Shown piece by piece: positions 55,551-64,000 of a stretch of 64,000 bases of DNA. The position numbers and the translations under genes are program-made. Under the pieces are notes generated by a model that worked only from the letters and a program-made list of their open reading frames with translations, searched no databases and was not told the origin of the DNA. The stretch is from a virus: IMG/VR virus record IMGVR_UViG_3300042511_000631, positions 32,519 to 96,518 of that record; one strand, written 5' to 3'. Each line of letters begins with the position of its first letter. Within the stretch, counting starts at the first letter, position 1.

Positions 55551-56321
55551 ATGGAGCGCGGACAACAATTTAATACACCTAAGTTGCCAGAATTACCGCC
55601 CCAACAAAGTTTTGGCGAGGAAGTGGCTGGACTTGCCGGAATAGTTACTCGCGCCGTTACAGGTGCTCCAGGCTTTAATATTTACAAAGAGATATTAGGT
55701 GACAAGCCTCGCACTTGGAATGGTACAACTATGTACAACCCAGACGCAAGTGTAAAAGACTGGGCCAAAGATATTTTAACAAGCGCTGCGTTGGTAGTAG
55801 GAGCAAAAGGCGGAGGCGCAGGTAGAACTGTTGTTAAAAGCCCTACAAAAGCAACTACAAAAGCAACTACAGGTGCAACAGCGGCAACGTCAGGCTCAAA
55901 AGCAACTGCTAGTGCGCCAACTACTCCAAAAGTTCCAACCCCAACTGCTGGTCCAAAGCCTACCGCCCCTACTCCACCAAAGGTAACAACTCCTACTCCA
56001 CCAAAAACAACAACTAAAGCTCCAGTAAACACAAAACCACTAGATGATTTGTTCTTTCCAACTTCTAGTAAAAATGCAGTTGTAAAACCCAAGCCTGAAG
56101 TTGTTGCTCCAAAACGCACAACAAAAATGACTACTAAAAAGAAAACTGAAGAAAAGCCAGTAGTCACAGCTAAAACAAAACAAGAGGCTAAAGCAGATAA
56201 GCGTGCAAAAAGAACTAAGGCTGCAAAGACAGCTGCACTGTCTGCTTTAGGTGCCGCGTTACTTGCTAAAGGTAAAGACAATAGCGGTGAAGAAGGCTGG
56301 AAGCCTAGTGGTGTAGTCTAA
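55551..56321 (+). CDS. K/T/P-rich protein
   Basis: GAGGT RBS; low complexity. Confidence 0.6.
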   Translation: MERGQQFNTPKLPELPPQQSFGEEVAGLAGIVTRAVTGAPGFNIYKEILGDKPRTWNGTTMYNPDASVKDWAKDILTSAALVVGAKGGGAGRTVVKSPTKATTKATTGATAATSGSKATASAPTTPKVPTPTAGPKPTAPTPPKVTTPTPPKTTTKAPVNTKPLDDLFFPTSSKNAVVKPKPEVVAPKRTTKMTTKKKTEEKPVVTAKTKQEAKADKRAKRTKAAKTAALSALGAALLAKGKDNSGEEGWKPSGVV

Positions 56322-56325
56322 AGCC

Positions 56326-56619
56326 ATGGCAGAGACAAAGAAGTTTGGACCGTACAAAGGATCTGATGCGAATGGAGGTCGTCCTATCTACGTCTACAAG
56401 AAAAAAGTAGACGGTAAATGGGTTACTACATCGAAGAATAAGGCTCGCGCCGACTATGAATCAGAAAACGGTAAGATCAAATCGAAGAATAAAACGGTTG
56501 ATCACAAAGATAATAACCACAGTAATGACTCTAAGGGCAATCTTCGCATCTTAGATAAAGGTAAGAACACCGCCAAAGAAAACAAGCGCCGGGCAGGCAA
56601 AAAGGAGAATGAAAAATGA
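56326..56619 (+). CDS. HNH-motif small protein
   Basis: VDHKDNNHSND..NL..L...N. Confidence 0.6.
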   Translation: MAETKKFGPYKGSDANGGRPIYVYKKKVDGKWVTTSKNKARADYESENGKIKSKNKTVDHKDNNHSNDSKGNLRILDKGKNTAKENKRRAGKKENEK

Positions 56620-57113
56620 TATTAACTTCAAATCAATTTGATAGCGATGGGGCTACTCTTCCAGCCACACCGGCTGTTCCACTTGCACCAACAGCAAGCA
56701 TTGAGCCAGTAAAAGCTGCGCCAAAGGCTGCACCAAAAGCTGCACCAACAAAAGCTATTGACAAGAGTAACTGGAACCGCAATATTAAAGTTCGTCAATC
56801 TACAATTGACGAACTTAAAAAAGGCGGAATTAAATCGGCTGCCGCAATGTCTAAGGTTAACGCTGGCGCAGATCAAGGAGGAATGGTTGGAGAGTACCAA
56901 GAAGCAACTAAGCGACTTTACCCAAAGGCTTACACAGCAGCTCCTAGCAAGGTAACTGGCAACCGAGTTGATAATAAAGATCCTAAATCACCTTACCCTT
57001 TTGGCGGGTTTACTCAAACTCCCAATAAGGCTAAGGCTAAGCCTAAGCTTAAGCTTAAGCCTAACCCTAGTGGCGCCGCCGGACAAGCTCCATTTATTCC
57101 AGTAACGCCATAA
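56616..57113 (+). CDS. K/A/P-rich protein
   Basis: AAGGAG RBS. Confidence 0.55.
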   Translation: MILTSNQFDSDGATLPATPAVPLAPTASIEPVKAAPKAAPKAAPTKAIDKSNWNRNIKVRQSTIDELKKGGIKSAAAMSKVNAGADQGGMVGEYQEATKRLYPKAYTAAPSKVTGNRVDNKDPKSPYPFGGFTQTPNKAKAKPKLKLKPNPSGAAGQAPFIPVTP

Positions 57114-57116
57114 ATT

Positions 57117-57401
57117 ATGAGCGCAGAGAATCGTGCATTTAATCCAATCCGCAGTGTAGGAAACTACATTGGTAACCTAGCTCGGGAAGTTCGTGACATC
57201 CCTACGGCTTTTGGCACAAACGTCAGTATGGCTAAAAACAGGGCGACAACAGGTCAAAACGATCCAATGAGCGTTGCTGGCGAAAACAATGTGTACAAGC
57301 AGGTTAAAGAAGTTGGCGGAGCCCTTATTGGCAAGCCAGGAGCTCGCTCTGACCAGTACAAGAAAAGCACCGGGTATGTTTCAGGAAAGAAGTTTAAGTA
57401 A
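57117..57401 (+). CDS. Hypothetical protein
   Basis: ORF in operon. Confidence 0.55.
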   Translation: MSAENRAFNPIRSVGNYIGNLAREVRDIPTAFGTNVSMAKNRATTGQNDPMSVAGENNVYKQVKEVGGALIGKPGARSDQYKKSTGYVSGKKFK

Positions 57402-57697
57402 TGGCTATCTACCGTGAAGGTGGAGACGACTCAGGTCTTCGTACCCGCGCTTTACAGCAGGGTATTGAAGAGTCAACAGCTACTCGCAATATGACTTCTG
57501 AACAGAGGTACGATCGTGATGCTAAGAGTGGTGTACAAGGCGCAAGAAATGCTGTAGAGTTAAACCCAACCGCCAGAGAAGCTATTGAAAACCCAGATAC
57601 TCTAGGCGGCCCAGTAAGTGGCGCAGCTCTTGCTAAACTTAAGGCAAAAAAGTCAGACGCTAAAAAGACTAAAGAAAGAGAGATGAAAAGACGATGA
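57401..57697 (+). CDS. Hypothetical protein
   Basis: Coupled ORF. Confidence 0.55.
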   Translation: MAIYREGGDDSGLRTRALQQGIEESTATRNMTSEQRYDRDAKSGVQGARNAVELNPTAREAIENPDTLGGPVSGAALAKLKAKKSDAKKTKEREMKRR

Positions 57698-57903
57698 CCT
57701 CTGTGAGCCTAACTTCACCAGAACGGGAACTTACGCTCCAAGATCGTTGTGATTCATGCTCTGCAGCTGCATTAGTTGTAGCTACATTTTTAAATGGTGA
57801 ACTTATGTTTTGCGGACACCACGCACGCAATTTAAGTGCGGAGCTTACAAAAAAAGCTGTAAGTGTATATGACCCGCAAAATGTATTAAATGCTTTAGAA
57901 TAG
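57694..57903 (+). CDS. Conserved actinobacterial-type small Zn-binding protein
   Basis: LT..DRCD.C.A.A..GEL.FCGHH. Confidence 0.65.
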   Translation: MTSVSLTSPERELTLQDRCDSCSAAALVVATFLNGELMFCGHHARNLSAELTKKAVSVYDPQNVLNALE

Positions 57904-57945
57904 AAGAAACACCATCTCGGGGGAGATAAAATAAAACGACTGCGC

Positions 57946-60396
57946 ATGTTCGCAGTATTATCTGTACTAACATACGCCGCTTTTTTCCCTTTACTATTCC
58001 CAACACCTGCTAACGCCGAAGGTAGTATTGGCGCGCCTACAAACTTAACAATTGTTGACGGCGGGACTTCTCTTATTCTTTCTTGGCAAGCACCAGACTC
58101 TGGCACAGCTACAGTTCAACCAGAAAGATACGCCATTATGTTTAGCGTTGATGGAGGTGGTTGGGGAATAGCAACTGGAAATGTTGGAGATGCTAACGCT
58201 CTTAATACAACAATATCTATTGACAAGTCATTACTAGATAGCCTTAAACCTGCAGGCACGGTATGGTCATTTCATATTAGATCTGATAACGATACTTTGC
58301 GCATGTATTCCGCAAATTCAAATGTTGTAACTGGGGCTACTGCTGCTCCAGCCCCTGAACCAACTCCTACCCCTACTCCTACTCCGACTCCCACTCCAAC
58401 TCCGACTCCAGAGCCTTCACCATCTCCTTCAGAAACAGTAACGCCCCAACCGAGCCCAACGCCAGAACCAACAGCGACACCAGAACCTTCTTCATCTCCT
58501 ACTCCTTCTCCCGAGGCGACCAGTAATTCTCCTTCGCCTTCCCCGTCCACCACACAGCAGCCCAGCCCAGAGCCATCAGTAACACCCAGCCCAACACCAT
58601 CTCCATCAATTACTCCTTCCGATACTTCAACAGTTCAAGGTACAACAAATGAAGGCGGTTTACTAGAGCTAATTGCTCCTATTGGTAAAATATTTACATC
58701 TGTTATGTTTGCTAGTTATGGTACCCCAAACGGGTATTCGATTGGGCAATGTCACGCACCTAGCAGTATTGAAAAAGTGGCGGAAGTATTTTTAGGTAGA
58801 GCTATCGCTTCAATAATGGCGATCAATGACATATTTGGCGATCCTTGTAGCGGAGTTGGTAAAGCTTTAGCGGTAATACTTCAATACGGAAATGACCCTA
58901 ATCCCGCCCCATCGCCTTCGACTTCTCCAAGTCCAGAGCCATCTCCAACGTTGACTCCCGTAGATACCTCAACTGCAACTGTTTCTCCAACGCCATCACC
59001 TGAACCCTCATCGGAGCCGACGCCAACACCCACCCCAGAGCCAAGCCCAACACAAACATCACCAGTAGTAATACCGATTCCATCGCCTACTCCTCTTCCT
59101 GTCGAGCCAACGCCCACACCAACAGTCCCACCAGCAGTGGGACCAACACCACAACCGCAACCAGAACCAACTCCATCACCTACCCCTTCGCCTGAGCCCG
59201 TGCCTGTTGTAGTTCCAACGCCTTCGCCAGAGCCCGTTGTGCCGCCTGTTCCAGCGCCTCAGCCGTCTCCGGAGCCATCCCCGGAGCCAGTTCCTGTTCC
59301 TCAGCCATTACCTACTCCTTCTCCTGAACCGGAGCCTGCCCCAGAGCCAGAGCCTGCGCCAGAGCTAGAGCCAATTCCTGAACCTGAACTTGCTCCAGGA
59401 CCTTTACCAGAGCCTGAACTTGAGCCGCCGCTAATCCCAGAACCCGAGCCTGTTCCTGGGCCAGAACCTGAACCTTCTCCTGGACCTGCTCCAGAGCCGG
59501 AACCAACTCCCGAAGAGCCACCAATTGCGATCCCAGATCCTGAGGGTTCAATTGGTGAGCCACCTACTGAGCCACCCACAGAAGAGCCATTACCACCCAT
59601 AGAGCCGCAACCACCCGTGGAAGAGCCTTCAGAGCCACCCGTAGAGCCCGAGGAGCCTCCTGTGGTACCTGAGCCACCTGTGGAACCAGAACCAGCACCA
59701 GAGATACCAGAGCCAAAGCCACAAAATCCGATAGAAGAATCACCTAAACCTCCTGTAGTAGAACCTGCTCCAGAGCCTATCACACAGGCTGAGGAAACTA
59801 AGGTTGCCGTAACTGAGGCTTTGTCTGATGGAAAGATCACCGCAGCCGATAGCGTTGCTATTTTGGAGTCTTTAAACTCTGATGGAGAGGTCACCGCGGA
59901 AGAAGTATCTACCCTTTCTGAAGCTCTATCTGCTGATGGAAATTTAACTACTGCTGAAAAAGAATTAGTCGCGGATGCCCTTATTGAATCAGTAGTAGAA
60001 GGAGAAACTCTTACAACAGAGCAGATCCAAGACGCGGGAATTGAGTATAAAGATCTTCCAGCGGAGACACCTGTCGAGGTTAGACAGGATGAAGAAGGAA
60101 ACGAAGTTATAATTACAGCAGACGTAGCTGCGGCTCTAGTTTTACTAGAAAACCCATCAGAATTAATTGGCGCAATATTTAGCGATCCAGGTGAGGCACT
60201 ACAAGCACTTGCAAGTATTGGTGCTGATATGTCTACAGAAGAACGAGAAGAGTCTACTAAAGCAGTTGTTGCAACAGTTATTGCAGCAGGTGCGGCAATT
60301 AATGCCGTAGGTGCCGCTACAGCGGGTGGCTCCACTGGAGGAAGTACCGGAGGCGGAGGCGCCTCTGGACAATCAGGATATAGGAGAAAGCCTTGA
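57946..60396 (+). CDS. Secreted/membrane-anchored surface protein: FN3, SUEL-type lectin, PT/PE stalks
   Basis: Signal peptide (..PANA-E); APTNL..LSW.AP; FASYGTP..C..FGDPC.G..K.L; C-terminal hydrophobic anchor. Confidence 0.75.
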   Translation: MFAVLSVLTYAAFFPLLFPTPANAEGSIGAPTNLTIVDGGTSLILSWQAPDSGTATVQPERYAIMFSVDGGGWGIATGNVGDANALNTTISIDKSLLDSLKPAGTVWSFHIRSDNDTLRMYSANSNVVTGATAAPAPEPTPTPTPTPTPTPTPTPEPSPSPSETVTPQPSPTPEPTATPEPSSSPTPSPEATSNSPSPSPSTTQQPSPEPSVTPSPTPSPSITPSDTSTVQGTTNEGGLLELIAPIGKIFTSVMFASYGTPNGYSIGQCHAPSSIEKVAEVFLGRAIASIMAINDIFGDPCSGVGKALAVILQYGNDPNPAPSPSTSPSPEPSPTLTPVDTSTATVSPTPSPEPSSEPTPTPTPEPSPTQTSPVVIPIPSPTPLPVEPTPTPTVPPAVGPTPQPQPEPTPSPTPSPEPVPVVVPTPSPEPVVPPVPAPQPSPEPSPEPVPVPQPLPTPSPEPEPAPEPEPAPELEPIPEPELAPGPLPEPELEPPLIPEPEPVPGPEPEPSPGPAPEPEPTPEEPPIAIPDPEGSIGEPPTEPPTEEPLPPIEPQPPVEEPSEPPVEPEEPPVVPEPPVEPEPAPEIPEPKPQNPIEESPKPPVVEPAPEPITQAEETKVAVTEALSDGKITAADSVAILESLNSDGEVTAEEVSTLSEALSADGNLTTAEKELVADALIESVVEGETLTTEQIQDAGIEYKDLPAETPVEVRQDEEGNEVIITADVAAALVLLENPSELIGAIFSDPGEALQALASIGADMSTEEREESTKAVVATVIAAGAAINAVGAATAGGSTGGSTGGGGASGQSGYRRKP

Positions 60397-60563
60397 GAAT
60401 ATTAAAAGACATGGTTGATCAGCTATGGACACTGCTTGGCATGTTTATTGCTTGGGTAGTCCTAGATGGCTCAGCTAAAACAATTGTTGGATACGCAATC
60501 ATGGGTACTTTGTTTGCATGGGCTATTACCTATCCGCTACGCAACCCAAAGGATGAAGACTAA
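60393..60563 (+). CDS. 2-TM small membrane protein (not in ORF track)
   Basis: QLWTLLGMFIAWVVLDGSAKTIVGYAIMGTLFAW. Confidence 0.65.
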   Translation: MRILKDMVDQLWTLLGMFIAWVVLDGSAKTIVGYAIMGTLFAWAITYPLRNPKDED

Positions 60564-60778
60564 TGTTAAAACGAATTATGCTAACCTTTGTGTTAGCACT
60601 TACCCTGTCAAGCTGCGGGTATGACGGTGGGTTCAGGTATCCATGTCAAGACCCAGCAAATTGGGAAACAGCGGAATGCAAACCACCAATTTGCACAGCT
60701 TCACAGATTTGCCCAGAAGATTTGGTTAAATTAGAGGGCACAACCTTTACTACAGAAACAGGTACATCAAATGAGTAA
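60563..60778 (+). CDS. Small Cys-rich lipoprotein
   Basis: Lipobox LSSC; RYPCQDP.NW..EC.PP.C..C. Confidence 0.7.
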   Translation: MLKRIMLTFVLALTLSSCGYDGGFRYPCQDPANWETAECKPPICTASQICPEDLVKLEGTTFTTETGTSNE

Positions 60779-61169
60779 ACAGCGTTATACACAGAGCGAA
60801 CTAGATGCTCGACTTAAGTTTCTATTGGGAACTATTTTAGGTCTCATTCTACTATTTACTGCCTCTGGAATCCTTTACGGGCTTTTATTTGTTACACAGC
60901 CGGTAGGCGCTCAGTCAGAAAATGACAAAATGTTCTTCAATGTTCTAGGAAGCATTGCTACATTTATCACAGGAACCCTTGCTGGTATCTTGATTGGTAA
61001 AAGCGGATCGGAAGAAATTAAAAATATGGGTAACGCGGCAGGAGAGCCTATTCCAGCACCAGCGCCAACCGAGCCCGAGCCAACAGCGCCAGAGGCAACA
61101 GAAGAAAAAGAAGTAGTCAAAACTGGGCCAGCTATGCCTGATGCCCACGACGCAGATGACGAGTGGTAA
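60771..61169 (+). CDS. 2-TM membrane protein
   Basis: Two hydrophobic helices and an acidic tail. Confidence 0.65.
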   Translation: MSKQRYTQSELDARLKFLLGTILGLILLFTASGILYGLLFVTQPVGAQSENDKMFFNVLGSIATFITGTLAGILIGKSGSEEIKNMGNAAGEPIPAPAPTEPEPTAPEATEEKEVVKTGPAMPDAHDADDEW

Positions 61170-61290
61170 CCCACTAATTTGTTAAGCGACAGCGATCGTG
61201 AAGCGCTCTGGTCATGTGCGCTTTGCGGTCGCTTTTGGGCTGTACCCGGTTTAGCCCGTTCCTGCGAAGAAAAACACCTAGACTTAGACC

Positions 61291-61800
61291 ATGAATGACG
61301 ATGTAAGCCAAGCTAATTTTATTGGTAACGCTATAAACAAGGGTCTTGTTGGCATTCCAACCCGTAAAAAGAAAAAAGATGACGGCAAAGGCAAAGGTAA
61401 AGATAAAGATAAAAGTGAAGACACCGTCACGGAAACTGAGCCTACGGAGCCAACAACACCTTCAAAGCCTTCGACCCCTTCAGCGCCAAAGACTAAAACT
61501 GGAAAGAACGCAACAATAAAAGATGTTAAATTGGCTATTAGCGCAGGAAAAATTGATCAAGAACAAGGAATTAATTTAAGCCGTGGGTACGCTAATCAAT
61601 TTGCCAAAAAAGAAGTTGGCCGTCAGTTTAGAGATTACGTTGGAAGCTATGGCGGAACAAGCAACCAACCCCCTGTAAACTTGACTAACTTGAATACAAA
61701 AAATTCTAGCGGAAATGAAATTGACGAAGTTACGGGGCCAGTTAACCCTAAGGGAAATCCAACAGGGAAATATATAAACCCTACAGGGCCAATTTTTTAA
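61291..61800 (+). CDS. K/P/T-rich protein
   Basis: ORF. Confidence 0.55.
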   Translation: MNDDVSQANFIGNAINKGLVGIPTRKKKKDDGKGKGKDKDKSEDTVTETEPTEPTTPSKPSTPSAPKTKTGKNATIKDVKLAISAGKIDQEQGINLSRGYANQFAKKEVGRQFRDYVGSYGGTSNQPPVNLTNLNTKNSSGNEIDEVTGPVNPKGNPTGKYINPTGPIF

Positions 61801-62196
61801 CATGCCTAAAAAAAGAAAGCTAGAACTAACCGAGACAACGGCCATAGCCCAAAAAGCTGCAGCAACACTGGGCTCTACCAGAGACGGTAGAGACAGACTG
61901 ACTAGGGCTAGTTACAAAGGTGCTATTAAAGTCACGGACACCCACGGCAAACAATGGAACCGCTGGTCTCCGTGAGAAAAAAAGAGTTTAAAACGGCAAT
62001 TGCAAAACCTATTACTATTCGTGATTCGCGGTTTGGTATTAGAAAGATTTATTTAAACCCAAATGAAGAGCCAAGTATTGGCGGAGTACAGCAAAGACCA
62101 GGTCGCGGACCAAATGGAGAGTCTCAAAACTAAGGTTTAGCCCCAAAAGCAAGAGCATTTCCTCTAAGGTAGGACATAGTTTTTGAAAGGATACTC

Positions 62197-62949
62197 ATGA
62201 CCGCGACGTACCCCGCTGGTGTAGCTAGCTTTATTGCTAAAACCAACATCTCTGACATTATTGACGCGTCGCACCCAAACGTACTTCAAGAAGAAGTAGT
62301 TGCTATTGAGGTTACTTTAGGCACAGAACCTAACCGTTCTACAACCCCTAGCCCTTCTGGCACATTTAACGGCACTACCAACTTATTCTCAACAGTCGGC
62401 GGTCGCCTTAACAATATTGAAACTGGCGTAGTAGCTGACGTACATACCCAGTACATCCGTAAAGCTGGAGATAGCGCTAACATAATTACCGCAAACTCAT
62501 CTGCTATTACAGGTCTTGTAGTTAAAGGCGCAGCTTCTCAAAGCGCAAACCTTCAAGAGTGGCAAGACTCAGCTGGTACCGTTCTTGCTTATGTAAGCCC
62601 TGCCGGAGCATTTAATGGAACTATCGTTGCGCAAGATTTAGTAATTAATAACCAAACCGCAAGCTACACAATTTTGGTTGGCACCGATAAGAATGCTCTT
62701 ATAGTTGTAAACAGTGCCTCTGCCGTAAACATTACCGTACCTTTGTACGCCACTAGCGCTTTCCCACAGGGCTCACAAGTAAATATTCTTAGATACGGAA
62801 CAGGTACCGTTACCATTGTTCCGGTTTCAGGTACAGTAACTGTTGGCGCAACTCCGGGGCTAAAGCTTCGTGCGCAATATTCTTCAGCAACTCTTATTAA
62901 ATTAGATAACTCAAATGCTTGGGCGTTAGTCGGCGATTTGAGCGCCTAA
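62197..62949 (+). CDS. Minor structural/tail-fibre-associated protein
   Basis: A.H.N.LQEEV.AIE..LG N-terminus; QSANLQEW; LRAQYSSATLIK..W.LVGDL. Confidence 0.6.
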   Translation: MTATYPAGVASFIAKTNISDIIDASHPNVLQEEVVAIEVTLGTEPNRSTTPSPSGTFNGTTNLFSTVGGRLNNIETGVVADVHTQYIRKAGDSANIITANSSAITGLVVKGAASQSANLQEWQDSAGTVLAYVSPAGAFNGTIVAQDLVINNQTASYTILVGTDKNALIVVNSASAVNITVPLYATSAFPQGSQVNILRYGTGTVTIVPVSGTVTVGATPGLKLRAQYSSATLIKLDNSNAWALVGDLSA

Positions 62950-64000
62950 TGCCAAGTATTGGAATTGTAGCTTCGTCTAGCCGCGAACCAGCTGACACGC
63001 CCGTAATTGGAACCGCAAGCAATGTTCCTTCTGGCCGTGGGTTTAACAACGGCCGCGCTGATGTAACGTTTACAGCTTCTACTTCTGATGGCGGATTACC
63101 CATCACTTCTTACCTTGCTACATCTAACCCTGGCGGTTACACAGGATCAAGTGCAACATCTCCAATCTCAGTAACAGGTCTTCAATCTAACACCGCATAC
63201 ACTTTTAACGTAGCTGCGGTAAACGGTGCGGGAAACTCCGTCGCATCCGCATTTACAAGCGCAATAACTGCTACAACTGTTCCTCAAGCTCCAACCATTG
63301 GCACCGCAACTTCTGGAAACACCACCGCTACTGTGACTTATACAGCAAATGCTACTGGCGGGTCTACTATTACTGGCTTTACCGCAACATCTTCTCCTGG
63401 TGGTTTAACAGGCACAGGTGCCTCACCTATTAGTTTTTCTGGCCTTAGCAATGGTACTGCGTACACATTTACCGTTACCGCAACTAACGCTAACGGCACT
63501 TCAGCTGCGAGCGCAGCTTCTAACTCTGTTACGCCTTCTGTCCCAGCTCCACCTCCGCCACCTCCACCTCCACCTCCGCCACCAGCAGTTCAACCGGTTC
63601 TTACCAGCTTTACATTTACGTCTACAACGTCTGCAGGCTCAGTCTTTGCTAATGGTGGACAACTTTCGTGGACTGGTAGCAACCTTGATATGTGGCGCTT
63701 TATCGGCGACTCCAGCACTTATCCGTCCCCATACAACTATGGAACATTTACCTCTGGTTGGCCTGGCAACTTAGTAAACATGCAACTCGGTGTTAATTAC
63801 AGCATGCAAATGGAATTTCGCTCCAACAGTGGTGGATCCGTATTTTCGCAAGTAATCAATAATATTCCAGCTGCTCCACCGCCTCCTCCAACTCCTCCAC
63901 CGCCAACTCCTCCACCGCCAACTCCTCCACCGCCAACTCCTCCACCGCCAACTCCTCCACCGCCAACTCCTCCACCGCCAACTCCTCCACCGCCAACTCC
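62949..64000 (+). CDS. FN3-repeat fibre/decoration protein with Pro stalk (3'-truncated, not in ORF track)
   Basis: P.IGTA..DGG.PITSY..SPI.V.GL...TAYTF.V.A.N occurs twice; PPPPT repeats. Confidence 0.75.
   Translation, partial: MPSIGIVASSSREPADTPVIGTASNVPSGRGFNNGRADVTFTASTSDGGLPITSYLATSNPGGYTGSSATSPISVTGLQSNTAYTFNVAAVNGAGNSVASAFTSAITATTVPQAPTIGTATSGNTTATVTYTANATGGSTITGFTATSSPGGLTGTGASPISFSGLSNGTAYTFTVTATNANGTSAASAASNSVTPSVPAPPPPPPPPPPPPAVQPVLTSFTFTSTTSAGSVFANGGQLSWTGSNLDMWRFIGDSSTYPSPYNYGTFTSGWPGNLVNMQLGVNYSMQMEFRSNSGGSVFSQVINNIPAAPPPPPTPPPPTPPPPTPPPPTPPPPTPPPPTPPPPTPPPPT
63888..64000 (+). repeat. Perfect 15-bp tandem repeat (CCAACTCCTCCACCG)n, at least 7.5 copies
   Basis: Read directly; runs off the window end. 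Confidence 0.9.

Noticed and set aside
56326-56619. Mobile homing endonuclease
   Set aside because: Only a minimal HNH motif, no DNA-binding extension and no interrupted host gene
59301-60335. Long antisense ORFs (also 55682-56281, 41832-42428, 10148-10480 and many 60-130-aa ones)
   Set aside because: Shadows of low-complexity or codon-biased genes on the opposite strand; no RBS or motifs
1-64000. tRNA/rRNA genes, integrase, reverse transcriptase/DGR, introns or inteins, recoded stop codons
   Set aside because: None recognised by eye; core genes are uninterrupted and of normal length in the standard code (tRNAscan not run)

Overview
This 64-kb window comes from a large contractile-tailed (myovirus-like) dsDNA phage, almost certainly infecting an Actinobacterium. 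Host evidence: WhiB, a DUF4192-like gene, an actinobacterial LexA box and at least 10 leaderless genes. The GC content looks low for an actinobacterium, suggesting a freshwater acI/Luna-type host (inference). Layout: 1-13.2 kb tail and baseplate; 13.5-30 kb replication/recombination (DnaC-like loader, DnaB, primase, dNMP kinase, SNF2, SSB, PolA, RecA, WhiB, Cas4-like, RuvC, SpoVS); 30-41.5 kb small basic proteins, a phosphoesterase, a nucleotidyltransferase cluster and class II RNR; 41.6-52.2 kb a leftward early-type region of small acidic and zinc-finger genes plus ArdC; 52.4-64 kb K/P-rich proteins, a lectin-bearing surface-protein operon and FN3 fibre genes. The most striking structure is non-coding, at 45.7-52.3 kb. 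Stereotyped leftward gene cassettes are separated by five copies of a 44-bp element in which a C(GAA)G hairpin overlaps a canonical G-quadruplex motif. The spacers carry matches to host regulator sites: WhiA GACAC boxes, MtrA/GlnR-type repeats, four DnaA boxes, a CRP-like site and a perfect LexA box. Several cassettes have a TGATAGG RBS motif whose complement sits in the 3' UTR. A small covarying RNA pseudoknot occurs four times in the window. All protein calls are from motif recognition by eye; no searches were run.
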